From the NCBI GenBank assembly GCA_035764445.1, contig DASTZF010000248.1, positions 8,668 to 72,667 on the forward strand: a stretch of DNA of 64,000 nucleotides. Reading direction: 5' to 3'. Position numbers and translations under genes: made by a program. Below, piece by piece: positions 19,818-28,872 of the stretch; position 1 is the stretch's first letter; the number at the start of each line of letters is the position of its first letter. The DNA is from Burkholderiaceae bacterium. Its GTDB lineage: Bacteria > Pseudomonadota > Gammaproteobacteria > Burkholderiales > Burkholderiaceae_C. The notes under the pieces were generated by a model. That model worked only from the letters and a program-made list of their open reading frames with translations, ran no database searches and was not told where the DNA came from.

Positions 19818-20572
19818 TCCTGCCCCAGGTAGGCGCCGATCACCTGCGCGTCGCGCCGCACGTCGTCGGGCGCGGCGCTGGCGATGATGCGGCCGCTGAC
19901 CAGCACCGACACGCGGTGCGCGAGGCGAAACACGGCGTCGACGTCGTGCTCGATCAGCAGCACCGTGGTCTGCTGCGCCAGCCGTGCGATCAGCGCTTCC
20001 ATGCGCGCCGACTCGTCGGGGCCCATGCCGGCCATCGGCTCGTCGAGCAGCACCAGCCGCGGCGATGCGGCCACCGCCATGCCGACCTCGAGCGCGCGCC
20101 GCTGGCCGTGCGACAGCGTGTCGATCAGCGCGTCGGCGCGGTCGGCCAGGCCGAACAGCGACAACTGGGCGCGCGCGCGCTCCCACAAGGCACACTCGCG
20201 CGACACCGGCCACCAGGCGCCGAAGCTCGCGCCGGTGGTCGCCTGCAGTGCCAAAGCGATGTGCTCGAGCACGCTGAAGCTCTTGAACAGCCGCGTGATC
20301 TGGAACGAGCGTGCGAGCCCGTGGCGCGCGCGCTGGTGCGCGGTCCACGCGGTGATGTCGGCACCGTCGAACACGATGCGGCCGCCGTCGGGCTGCAATT
20401 GACCGGCGAGCTGGGCCACCAGCGTCGTCTTGCCGGCCCCATTGGGGCCGATCAGCGCATGCACCTCACCGGTGGCCACCTGCAGATCGACGCCATCGGT
20501 GGCGACCACGCCGCCGAAGCGCTTGCGCAACCGGTGCACCTCCAGCAGCGGCGTGCCCATCGCTTCGCTCAT
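19814..20572 (-). CDS. livG: Branched-chain-amino-acid-type ABC transporter, ATP-binding protein (LivG-like)
   Basis: The start is ATG 20572 (ATGA overlap). The motifs are LLEVHRLRKRFGGV, GPNGAGKTT, LSHGQRRALEVGMA and LLDEPMAGM. Confidence 0.9.
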   Translation of the reverse strand: MSEAMGTPLLEVHRLRKRFGGVVATDGVDLQVATGEVHALIGPNGAGKTTLVAQLAGQLQPDGGRIVFDGADITAWTAHQRARHGLARSFQITRLFKSFSVLEHIALALQATTGASFGAWWPVSRECALWERARAQLSLFGLADRADALIDTLSHGQRRALEVGMAVAASPRLVLLDEPMAGMGPDESARMEALIARLAQQTTVLLIEHDVDAVFRLAHRVSVLVSGRIIASAAPDDVRRDAQVIGAYLGQE

Positions 20573-21534
20573 CGTTTGCCGAGCCTGGCGTCCACGATGC
20601 CGGCCAAGCCGCGGCGCGCGAACAGCACGACCGCGAGCAGCACCCAGCCGGTCCAGAACTCCCAATGCGGCGTGTAAGCGGACAGCACCTCTTGCAGCAG
20701 CAGCAGCGCCGCGGCGCCGATCACGCCGCCCCACAGCGTGGCCACGCCGCCGAGGATCACCATCACCATGAAGGTGCCCGACTGCGTCCAGTGCAGCACG
20801 TTGGGGCTGACGTAGCCCTGTTGATTCACCGACAGCGCGCCGGCGATGCCGGCCACCATGCCGGCGACGACGAACACCAACCAGCGCAGCTGGAAGGTTG
20901 CGAAGCCGAGCGCCTCGGCCCGCTGCTCGTCGTCGCGGATCGCCAGCACCGCGCGCCCGAGCCGTGACGGCACGAAGCGCGCCAGCGCCCACAGGCAGGC
21001 CGCGAGCACGGCGAGCGCGACGTAGTAGAAGGTCGTGGGGTTCTTCAGGTCGAGCCCGAAGCCGATCGCCGAGCGCGCGCGGATGTTGAGCCCTTCGTCG
21101 CCGCCGTAGCCCTTGATCGAGTTGGCCAGGTAGAACAGCATCTGCGCGAACGCCAGCGTGATCATGATGAAGTAGACGCCTCGCGTGCGCAGCGAGATCG
21201 CGCCGATCAGCGCCGCGGCGGCACCGGACAGCAGCAGCGTGGCCAGCAGATGCGCGGCACCATTGAGCACGCCTTCGCTGATCATCACGCCGGTCACGTA
21301 GGCGCCGAGGCCGACGAACGCCGCGTGGCCGAACGACACCATGCCGCCGTAGCCGAGCACGAGGTTCAGGCTGGTGGCCGCGATCGCGTAGACCAGCACA
21401 CGGCCGGCCATGCTGACGTAGAACGACGCCCCGAGCACCTGTGCGATCCAAGGCAGTGCGAGCGCGAGCACGGCCACCACTGTCAGCGCAGCGCGCCGGC
21501 GCCAGCGCGGGGGTGGCGATGCGGTGTCGATCAC
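20569..21534 (-). CDS. livM: Branched-chain-amino-acid-type ABC transporter permease (LivM-like)
   Basis: The motifs LNLVLGYGGMVSFGHAAFVGLGAY and AIRDDEQRAEALGF are typical of LivM. The start is inferred at GTG 21534, just after the livH stop. The Arg/Ser/Cys-rich N-terminal extension of the track ORF is discounted. Confidence 0.85.
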   Translation of the reverse strand: MIDTASPPPRWRRRAALTVVAVLALALPWIAQVLGASFYVSMAGRVLVYAIAATSLNLVLGYGGMVSFGHAAFVGLGAYVTGVMISEGVLNGAAHLLATLLLSGAAAALIGAISLRTRGVYFIMITLAFAQMLFYLANSIKGYGGDEGLNIRARSAIGFGLDLKNPTTFYYVALAVLAACLWALARFVPSRLGRAVLAIRDDEQRAEALGFATFQLRWLVFVVAGMVAGIAGALSVNQQGYVSPNVLHWTQSGTFMVMVILGGVATLWGGVIGAAALLLLQEVLSAYTPHWEFWTGWVLLAVVLFARRGLAGIVDARLGKR

Positions 21535-21538
21535 CGCG

Positions 21539-22456
21539 TCATGCCCGAGCTGGGAACAAGCCCTGCGGCTTGACCGCGAGCACCACCGCCATGAACACGT
21601 AGACCGCGATCGACGCGATCGCCGGCCCGGCGGCGCTGGCCCATTGGGGCGGCAGGAACTCGCGGAACACGTGCTGCAGCAGCGTGCGGCCGAGCGTGTC
21701 GACGCAGCCAACCAGGATCGAGCCGATCAGCGCGCCGCGGATCGAGCCGATGCCGCCGATCACGATCACCACGAAGGCGAGGATCAGGATGTTCTCGCCC
21801 ATGCCGACCTGCACCGCCAGCAGCGGCCCAAGCAGTGCGCCGGCCACCGCGCACAGGCCAGCGCCGATGCCGAACACGATCGTGAACAGCCGCTTGACGT
21901 CGATGCCCATCGCCTCGGTCATCACGCGGTTGGCGGCGCCCGCGCGCACCAGTGCGCCGAGGCGTGTCCTCGACACCAGCACGTACATCAGCGCGGCCAG
22001 CACGAAGCCAACCGCAAGGATCAGCAGGCGGTACGCCGGATAGCTCAGCCCCGGAAGCAGCTCGACCGGCCCGGCCAGCGCATCGGGCGCCGACAGCGGC
22101 AGGTCGGTGCCGAACACCATCTTGACGCCGTCGTTCAGGATCAGGATCAGCGCGAACGTCGCCAGCACCTGCGTCAGGTGGTCGCGCGCATACAGCGTGC
22201 GCAGCAGCGTGGTCTCGAGCAGCATGCCGAAGACGGCGGTCAGCGCGATCGCACCGAACACGCCGAACACGAACGAGCCGGTCAGCGCGACCAGCCACGC
22301 GGCGACGAAAGCGCCGACCATGTACAGCGAGCCGTGCGCCAGGTTGATCATGTCCATCACGCCGAACACCAGCGTGAGCCCAGCGGCGAGCAGGAACAGC
22401 ATCAGGCCGAACTGCAGCCCGTTGAGCAGTTGCTCGACGATGAGGAGGCCCGGCAT
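21539..22456 (-). CDS. livH: Branched-chain-amino-acid-type ABC transporter permease (LivH-like)
   Basis: The 305-aa product reads LLNGLQFGLMLFLLAAGLTLVFGVMDMINLAHGSLYMVGAF. Confidence 0.9.
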   Translation of the reverse strand: MPGLLIVEQLLNGLQFGLMLFLLAAGLTLVFGVMDMINLAHGSLYMVGAFVAAWLVALTGSFVFGVFGAIALTAVFGMLLETTLLRTLYARDHLTQVLATFALILILNDGVKMVFGTDLPLSAPDALAGPVELLPGLSYPAYRLLILAVGFVLAALMYVLVSRTRLGALVRAGAANRVMTEAMGIDVKRLFTIVFGIGAGLCAVAGALLGPLLAVQVGMGENILILAFVVIVIGGIGSIRGALIGSILVGCVDTLGRTLLQHVFREFLPPQWASAAGPAIASIAVYVFMAVVLAVKPQGLFPARA

Positions 22457-22504
22457 TGTCTAGGGTTCGACTGTCGCCATTCGGCGCGCAGCATGCCACG
22501 GGCG

Positions 22505-23488
22505 CTAGCGCATGCTCGCAGACGCCCGACCGTAAAAGCGCTTGAGCCAGGCCGGGCGCTGCGCCGGCGGAGTGGCGCGACCCCGCGCTGCTTCCAGTTG
22601 CTGGAAGGTGTCGATCACGTACTCGATGAACAGCCGCACGCGCGCAACGCGACGTACGCTCGGCCGGTAGAGCAGATTGACCGGCGGCGCCTCGGGTGAC
22701 TCCCAATCGGCCAGCGCCTGCACCAAGGTTCCCGCCGCGAGGTCGTCGCCGTTCGTCCAGTCCAGGATGTAGGCCACCCCCTCGCCGGCGCGCGCGAGTT
22801 CGATCACCATGTCGCGGTGTGCATTGCTGGTGGTGAGCCAGCCGCGAGCCTGCACGGACACGCGCTCGTCGCCGCGGGCGAACGTCCACAGGTCCATCAC
22901 CGTGCCGTCGACACTGCGGATCGGCAGGCAGGTGTGGTGTGCCAACTCGCTCGGGTGGCGCGGCATGCCGTGGCGCGCCCAGTACGCCGGCGATGCGACG
23001 ACGATGGTGCGTGAGGTCGCGATCTGCCGCAGCACGAGGTCGCTGGCGCGCGGCCAGCCGAGCGCAAGGAACACATCGATGCCGCTGGTCTGCTCCTCGC
23101 TGAAGCGGTTGAAGTCGCGCACGTCGACCTGGATCTGTGGGTGCCGCGCGTGAAAGTGCGGCAGCGCCGGCGTCAGCACCTCGCGCGCGATCACGTGCTG
23201 CACGCCGACCACGACGGCGCCTTGCGCCGGCGTGGCGCGCACCAGTTCGTCGGCGAGCTGCAACTGCGACAGCGCAGGAAGGCACGATTCGCGATAGGCT
23301 GCGCCGCTGGCCGTCAGGTTCAGGCCGTGCGACGCGCGGTCGAACAGCCGCACGCCGAGATCGCGCTCGAGCGCGCTGACCAACTTGGCCACCGCCTGCG
23401 TGCTGACGCCGAAGCGGCGCGCGGCGCCGGCGAGGCTCTTCTCCTCGGCGGCGGCCACGAAGTACTGCAGCGAGCGCAACTTGTCCAT
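22505..23488 (-). CDS. LysR-family transcriptional regulator
   Basis: The start is the internal ATG 23488: MDKLRSLQYFVAAAEEKSLAGAARRFGVSTQAVAKLVSALERDLGVRLFDR. It is divergent from the 23684-27633 gene set. Confidence 0.9.
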   Translation of the reverse strand: MDKLRSLQYFVAAAEEKSLAGAARRFGVSTQAVAKLVSALERDLGVRLFDRASHGLNLTASGAAYRESCLPALSQLQLADELVRATPAQGAVVVGVQHVIAREVLTPALPHFHARHPQIQVDVRDFNRFSEEQTSGIDVFLALGWPRASDLVLRQIATSRTIVVASPAYWARHGMPRHPSELAHHTCLPIRSVDGTVMDLWTFARGDERVSVQARGWLTTSNAHRDMVIELARAGEGVAYILDWTNGDDLAAGTLVQALADWESPEAPPVNLLYRPSVRRVARVRLFIEYVIDTFQQLEAARGRATPPAQRPAWLKRFYGRASASMR

Positions 23489-23683
23489 CGTGCGTCCTTC
23501 CGCCACCGTGCCGGCGACTCGGTGGCGCCGCATTGTCCGCCACGTCAGGCGGCCGGCATCAACCCATGGTTGTCGCCGGTTGCGCCCGCAGGACCATTCC
23601 GCGACGAGGCCGCGCTCACTAGAGTTGCCGTCACACCTTTCGCTGCTGCGCAGTCGCGCTGCCGAAGGAGCCGGGAGTGCCGC

Positions 23684-24076
23684 ATGGTGGCTCGTTGCTT
23701 GGGATTTGCGGTCGTGTACCTGATGCTCGGCGTCGCGATGGGTGTCGCGATGGGCATCACGCATCGCTTCGAGTACGCCCCGATTCACGCGCACGTCAAC
23801 CTGCTCGGCTGGGCGTCGCTCGCGTTGTTCGCGCTCATCTATCACATGCGCCCGCAGGCCGGTGTCACGCGGCTCGCGCGCTGGCACTTCTGGCTGCACA
23901 ACACCGGCTTGCCGCTGTTCATGGCCAGCCTGTTCCTGTTGCGGTCGGGCGTCGAGCGGGCCGAGACGTGGGTGCGCGTCGGCGGTGCGATCACGTTCGT
24001 GGGCCTGGTGCTGTTCGCGGCCAATCTGTTGTGCAACCTCTGGATGACCCGCCGCACGGCCATCGCCACTCAATAA
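23684..24076 (+). CDS. Hypothetical 4-TM membrane protein with a His-rich motif
   Basis: GGGAG lies 7 nt upstream of ATG 23684. The 130-aa product reads GITHRFEYAPIHAHVNLLGWASLALFALIYH and has four hydrophobic segments. Confidence 0.6.
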   Translation: MVARCLGFAVVYLMLGVAMGVAMGITHRFEYAPIHAHVNLLGWASLALFALIYHMRPQAGVTRLARWHFWLHNTGLPLFMASLFLLRSGVERAETWVRVGGAITFVGLVLFAANLLCNLWMTRRTAIATQ

Positions 24077-24113
24077 CGAGCGATCGTCCGCACGGGCTGC
24101 TCTTCGACGCGCC

Positions 24114-25112
24114 ATGAGAATCGCCTATCCCGCCTCGTGCATCTTCGCGGTCGTTGCGACAGCGCTGATCGCGTTGTCGCAAGGGCATTCGCCGTCGCAC
24201 GCGCAGTCCGCTCCCTGGCCGATCAAGCCGATCCGGCTGATCGTGCCGGGCGGTGCCGGCGGTGTGATCGACATCCGAGCGCGCTGGCTGGCCGAGCATC
24301 TGGCGCCACGCCTGGGCCAGACCGTCTACGTCGACAACGCTCCGGGGGCTGGCGGCAACATCGGCACCGCGTTGGCTGCGCGCGCGGCACCCGACGGCTA
24401 CGCGTTGGTGATCGTCCATCAAGGCACGATGGCGATCAACCCGCACCTCTACGACCATCCTGGATACGAGCCGCTGCATGACTTCGCGCCGATCACGCGC
24501 ATCGGCGTCGGCCCGCTTCTGCTGTGCGTGAATGCCGCGCTGCCGGTGACTTCGATTGCTCAGCTGGTCGCCCTGGCTCGGAGCAAACCTGGGGAGTTGA
24601 CCTTCGGCTCCCCGGGCATCGGCACGCCCCCGCATCTGGCCGGTGAACTTTTCAAGCGCAGGGCCGGCATCGAGATCACGCACGTGCCCTACCGCGGCGG
24701 TGCACAAGCGGTCTCCGCTCTGGTCGCCGGGCAGATCGCGATGAGCATCGATGGCCTGTCCGTGCAACTGCCGTTCGTGCGCAGCGGGCAGGTGCGCGCG
24801 CTCGCCGTGACCGGTCCGCACCGGCTGGCGATGCTGCCCGAGGTGCCCACTGTGGCCGAAGCCGGTGTGGCGGGGTACGAGTTCGTCGGCTGGGTCGGCG
24901 TCGCGGCGCCGGCCGCGACACCAGGCCCGATCGTCGATCGGCTCTATCGCGAGATCGCGGCCGTGCTCGGCACCGAAGACGCCCGCGCGTGGTTCGCCGG
25001 TCTCGGGCTCGAACCCGGCGGCGAGCCGCCCGCGGTGGTTGCCCAGCTGGTGCGTGACGAGCACGCCCGGTGGGGCTCGTTGATCCGCGCAGCAGGCATC
25101 AAGGCCGAATGA
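24114..25112 (+). CDS. Bug-family (TctC-like) tripartite tricarboxylate transporter substrate-binding protein
   Basis: It has a signal peptide, then WPIKPIRLIVPGGAGGVIDIRAR...NAPGAGGNIG and VPYRGGAQAVSALVAGQI, which are characteristic Bug motifs. No tctA or tctB gene is nearby. Confidence 0.9.
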   Translation: MRIAYPASCIFAVVATALIALSQGHSPSHAQSAPWPIKPIRLIVPGGAGGVIDIRARWLAEHLAPRLGQTVYVDNAPGAGGNIGTALAARAAPDGYALVIVHQGTMAINPHLYDHPGYEPLHDFAPITRIGVGPLLLCVNAALPVTSIAQLVALARSKPGELTFGSPGIGTPPHLAGELFKRRAGIEITHVPYRGGAQAVSALVAGQIAMSIDGLSVQLPFVRSGQVRALAVTGPHRLAMLPEVPTVAEAGVAGYEFVGWVGVAAPAATPGPIVDRLYREIAAVLGTEDARAWFAGLGLEPGGEPPAVVAQLVRDEHARWGSLIRAAGIKAE

Positions 25113-26137
25113 TGGAGCGCATCGACACGCGTGAGCAGATGCTCGACGCCATCCACGCCAGCTGGACGACGCAAGTCATCGCTGCCGCCGTGGCATTGCG
25201 CGTGCCCGATCTGCTGAGTGCTGCGCCGCTCGATGCCCCTGCACTGGCCGGCGTCGCGCGATGCCACGAGCCGTCGCTGCGGCGCCTACTCGTTGCGCTG
25301 GTCAGCCTCGGGCTCGTGACACAGCGGGAAGACGAGCGCTTCGCGCTGACCGCCAGCGGCGTTCTGTTGCGCAACGACGAGCTAGACTCGCTCGCGGCGT
25401 GGGCGCTGCTATGCGGGCAGCGCATCTGGACTGCGCAGGGGCGACTGGCCGAGTGCGTGTGCAGTGGGGCCAGCGCGCGCACGCTCGGCGGCGGCAGCGA
25501 TGACTTCGCGCACCTCGACAGCGACGACGAGGCGGCCGCCCTGTTCCACCGGGCGATGACCAATCTCACGCGGCCGATCGCCGAGGCCTTGGCGGCCACT
25601 GTCGACTTCGGCGCTGCTCGGCGGGTCGTTGACATCGGCGGCGGCTACGGGCAATTGATTGCCACGCTGCTGCGCGCGCATCGGCATTTGCGCGGGGTGC
25701 TGGTCGATCTGCCGCACGCGATCGGGCCGGCGGCCACGTGGCTGGCCGAGCAAGGCGTCGAAGGTCGCTGCGAACTCGTGTCCGGCAGCTTCTTCGACGC
25801 GTTGCCCGAGGGAGCCGATGCCTACCTGCTGAAGAGCGTGTTGCACGACTGGGATGACGAGCGCTGTCTGCAGATCCTGCAGCGCTGTCGCGGCGCGCTG
25901 GGGGGCCGCCCGCAAGCACGCCTGTTCGTGATCGAGCGCGTGGCGAATGAGCGGGCAGCCGCCACGCCGCACGATCGCGCGGTGGCGCGATCGGACCTCA
26001 ACATGCTCGTCTGTCTCGGTGGCCGCGAACGTCGCGCCAGCGAATACCAGGCACTGCTCAACGCCGTGGGTCTGCGTGCGCTCGGTTCGCACACGCTCGT
26101 CAGCGGCTACAGCGCGATCGAAGCGGCCCCGGGCTGA
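25109..26137 (+). CDS. Class I SAM-dependent O-methyltransferase (COMT / Methyltransf_2-like with N-terminal dimerisation domain)
   Basis: The start ATG 25109 overlaps the TctC stop (ATGA). The motifs are VVDIGGGYGQL (SAM motif I), VLVDLPHA and YLLKSVLHDWDDERCLQIL. Confidence 0.85.
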   Translation: MMERIDTREQMLDAIHASWTTQVIAAAVALRVPDLLSAAPLDAPALAGVARCHEPSLRRLLVALVSLGLVTQREDERFALTASGVLLRNDELDSLAAWALLCGQRIWTAQGRLAECVCSGASARTLGGGSDDFAHLDSDDEAAALFHRAMTNLTRPIAEALAATVDFGAARRVVDIGGGYGQLIATLLRAHRHLRGVLVDLPHAIGPAATWLAEQGVEGRCELVSGSFFDALPEGADAYLLKSVLHDWDDERCLQILQRCRGALGGRPQARLFVIERVANERAAATPHDRAVARSDLNMLVCLGGRERRASEYQALLNAVGLRALGSHTLVSGYSAIEAAPG

Positions 26138-26252
26138 CTGCACCCCGATGAATTCTCAGCGAGCGTCGCTCGCTGCCGCCGCATGCCCGCGGCGGCGAAC
26201 CACGGCGGCGATGCCGCCACCGAAGGCCTCCCGGCCGAGCAAGGAGTTGCGA

Positions 26253-27056
26253 TTGAACCCAGCGAATGAAACGACCCGCGCCATCGATGTCGGCGGCCGC
26301 CGTCTCGTGTTGACCACGAGCGGCGACGGCGCGCCCACGGTGGTGCTCGAGACCGGGCTTGGCGCCGAGAGTGACGAGTGGGCCGCGGTGCAGCGCGCCA
26401 TCGCACCCGTCGCGCGCGTCTGCCGCTACGACCGCGCAGGGCGCGGGGCGAGCGATCCCGCCGCCAGGCCGCGCAGCGCGGCCGACCTGGTCGCTGACCT
26501 GCACACGCTGCTGCAAGGCGCCGACCTGCCACCGCCCTACCTGCTGGTGGGACACTCGTTCGGTGGCTTGCTGATGCGGCTGTTCGCAGACCGCCACCGT
26601 TCGCTGGTGGCCGGACTGATGCTCGTCGATGCGATGCACGAGGACCAGTTCGGCGTCTTCGGTCCTGCCTTCCCGCCGCCGCAACCCGGCGAGCCTGCCG
26701 CGCTGGCCGAAGTGCGCGAGTTCTGGACCCGCGGCTGGCGCGATTCGCGCTCGACGCCAGAGGGCCTCGACCTGGTCGCCAGTTGCGCGCAGGCGCGCGC
26801 CATCGGCTCGCTCGGTGATCTGCCGCTGCACGTGCTGAGCGCAGGCACCTTCGTCAACCAGCCGCTGGTCCCCGACGGCCTTCGTCCTCGCCTGCAATCG
26901 ATGTGGGATGGTCTGCAGCAGCGGTTGGCCGGCCTGTCGGCGCGATCGATGCGCAGCGCGATCACCGGCTGCGGACACTTCCTGCAGCGCGAGGCGCCGC
27001 AGCAGGTCGCCGCGGCGATCGCGGCGATGGTGCAGCGTGTGCGGGTGGCAGCATGA
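26253..27056 (+). CDS. Alpha/beta-fold hydrolase
   Basis: The motifs are VVLETGLG, YLLVGHSFGG (nucleophile elbow GxSxG) and a C-terminal CGHFLQREAP (catalytic His). The start is uncertain. I favour TTG 26253 because AAGGAG lies 6 nt upstream; the alternatives are ATG 26148 and ATG 26211. Confidence 0.8.
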   Translation: MNPANETTRAIDVGGRRLVLTTSGDGAPTVVLETGLGAESDEWAAVQRAIAPVARVCRYDRAGRGASDPAARPRSAADLVADLHTLLQGADLPPPYLLVGHSFGGLLMRLFADRHRSLVAGLMLVDAMHEDQFGVFGPAFPPPQPGEPAALAEVREFWTRGWRDSRSTPEGLDLVASCAQARAIGSLGDLPLHVLSAGTFVNQPLVPDGLRPRLQSMWDGLQQRLAGLSARSMRSAITGCGHFLQREAPQQVAAAIAAMVQRVRVAA

Positions 27057-27168
27057 GCCGCCGGGCCGCTCCCAAGGCGACAACGAAGTTGCGGCGAAGA
27101 CTCACAACTGCGCGAAGCGCTTGTGATGTCGTCGCCAATTCCGGAGTGCGCAGCACGGAGGACGCCCA

Positions 27169-27633
27169 ATGAGCGCGGCCGACAGCCCCGGCGTCGTCGC
27201 GCCGCCGCCGCTGCTGTACCTGATCGCGCTGGGTGCGGTGCTGGGCCTGCGCTGGCAGTGGCCGCTGCCGATTGCCGCGCCCAGCGCCGTGCTGTGGCCG
27301 GCGATCGTGCTGTGTGGATCCAGCCTCGCCCTTGGCATCTCGGGTCGCCGCACGCTGCTGGCGGCAGGCACGGCGATCGACCCCGCGCGGCCGACCACGG
27401 TGCTGGTCACCCAAGGGCCGTACCGCCATTCGCGCAATCCGGTGTACCTGGCGCTGACTGCGCTGTTCGTCGGCATCACGCTGGCGGCCGACACCTGGTG
27501 GGGCGTGGCCGCCTTGCTGCCGCTGGCCGCGGTGATGCACTACGGCGTGGTGCTGCGCGAGGAGCGTTACCTCGAGCGCAAGTTCGGCGACGCCTACCGC
27601 GACTACCGGATCCGCGTGCGGCGCTACGTGTGA
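27169..27633 (+). CDS. Isoprenylcysteine carboxyl methyltransferase (ICMT/PEMT)-family membrane methyltransferase
   Basis: The 154-aa product has about 4 TM helices. The motif LVTQGPYRHSRNPVYL...REERYLERKFGDAYRDY is the canonical ICMT-family C-terminal motif. Confidence 0.8.
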   Translation: MSAADSPGVVAPPPLLYLIALGAVLGLRWQWPLPIAAPSAVLWPAIVLCGSSLALGISGRRTLLAAGTAIDPARPTTVLVTQGPYRHSRNPVYLALTALFVGITLAADTWWGVAALLPLAAVMHYGVVLREERYLERKFGDAYRDYRIRVRRYV

Positions 27634-27652
27634 TCGGCCTTGGCTCAGCGCG

Positions 27653-28843
27653 TCACTTCATCGCGCAGCTGCCGACGTAGGCGTCGCCGTGGTCCTTCAG
27701 GATCGGTGTGTTGAACGACTTGTTGATCAGGCCGCCCTTGCCGTCGGAGCCGACCGTGCGCACGTAGTAGTTCTGGATCGGGTACTGGTTGGTGTTGAAC
27801 TTGAATGGCCCACGCACCGAGTCGAAGCGCGCGGCCTTCAGCGCCTTGCGCAAGCCGTCGCGATCGTCGAGCTTGCCCTTGACATCGCGCACCGCGGCGT
27901 TGATCAGCTGCGCGGCGTCGTAGCCCTGCGACGCGTACAGCGTCGGGATGCGCTTGTATTCCTTCTCGAACTCGGCCATGAACTTCTGGTTCGCCGCGTT
28001 CGCGAAGTCCGGCGACCAGTGCGCGGTGTTGAACAGCCCCGACATCGCCGGGCCCACCGGATTGATCACGTCCTGGTCGGCCGAGAAGCCGGGCAGCACG
28101 AGCTGGATGTCCTTGCTCAAGCCCGCACCGACGAACTGCTTGATGAAATTGATGCCCATGCCGCCGGGCAGGAAGATGTACAGCGCCTGCGGCTTGGCGG
28201 CGCGGACCTCGGCGAGCTCGGCGGCGTAGTCGAGCTGTCCCAGCTTGGTGTAGTTCTCGCCGATCACCTGGCCCTTGAACATGCGCTTGAAGCCGGCCAG
28301 CGAATCCTTGCCCGCCTGGTAGTTGGGCGCCAGCAGGTACACGCTCTTCAGCTCGCGCTGGTTGGCGTATGCGCCCGCCGCCTCGTGGTAGGCGTCGTTG
28401 GGCCAGCTCACCGCATAAAACAGCGGGTTGCAGTCCTTGCCGGCCATCGACGACGGCGCCGCGTTGGGGCTGATGTAGATCGTGTTGTTGTCCAGCGCCT
28501 CGGGCAGCGCGGCCAGCATGATGTTGGAGAACACCACGCCGGTCATGAAGTCGACTCGGTCGCGCTTGACGTTCTTCTCGAACAGCTGCTTGGCGACGTC
28601 GGGCTTGAACTGGTCGTCGCTGACCAGCACCTCGGCGGGCAGCCCGCCAAGCTTGCCGCCGTTCAGCTTGACCGCGAGCAAGAAGCCGTCACGGATGTCG
28701 ACGCCCAGCGCCGACGACGGGCCCGACAGCGTGCTGACAAAGCCGACCTTCACCTTGTCGGCCGCGTGTGCGCCGGCCGTTGCGAGCGCGGCGGCGAGGG
28801 CCAGCGCGGCCAGCCGGGTGGCCGCAGGAAGCGTGGTCGTCAT
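27653..28843 (-). CDS. LivK-type (cluster B) ABC transporter substrate-binding protein
   Basis: The start is ATG 28843. A signal peptide (MTTTLPAATRLAALALAAALATAGAHA) is followed by KVKVGFVSTLSGPSSALGVDIRDG and other typical Leu/Ile/Val-binding-protein-family sequence. Confidence 0.9.
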   Translation of the reverse strand: MTTTLPAATRLAALALAAALATAGAHAADKVKVGFVSTLSGPSSALGVDIRDGFLLAVKLNGGKLGGLPAEVLVSDDQFKPDVAKQLFEKNVKRDRVDFMTGVVFSNIMLAALPEALDNNTIYISPNAAPSSMAGKDCNPLFYAVSWPNDAYHEAAGAYANQRELKSVYLLAPNYQAGKDSLAGFKRMFKGQVIGENYTKLGQLDYAAELAEVRAAKPQALYIFLPGGMGINFIKQFVGAGLSKDIQLVLPGFSADQDVINPVGPAMSGLFNTAHWSPDFANAANQKFMAEFEKEYKRIPTLYASQGYDAAQLINAAVRDVKGKLDDRDGLRKALKAARFDSVRGPFKFNTNQYPIQNYYVRTVGSDGKGGLINKSFNTPILKDHGDAYVGSCAMK

Positions 28844-28872
28844 GGTCCGTCTGCCTTTCGTTCGTTGTTGGA

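Noticed and set aside
21531-23543. A 670-aa minus-strand ORF spanning the livH/LysR region
   Set aside because: It is out of frame with livH and the LysR gene, both of which have clear family motifs. Its composition is Arg/Ala/Gly-dominated.
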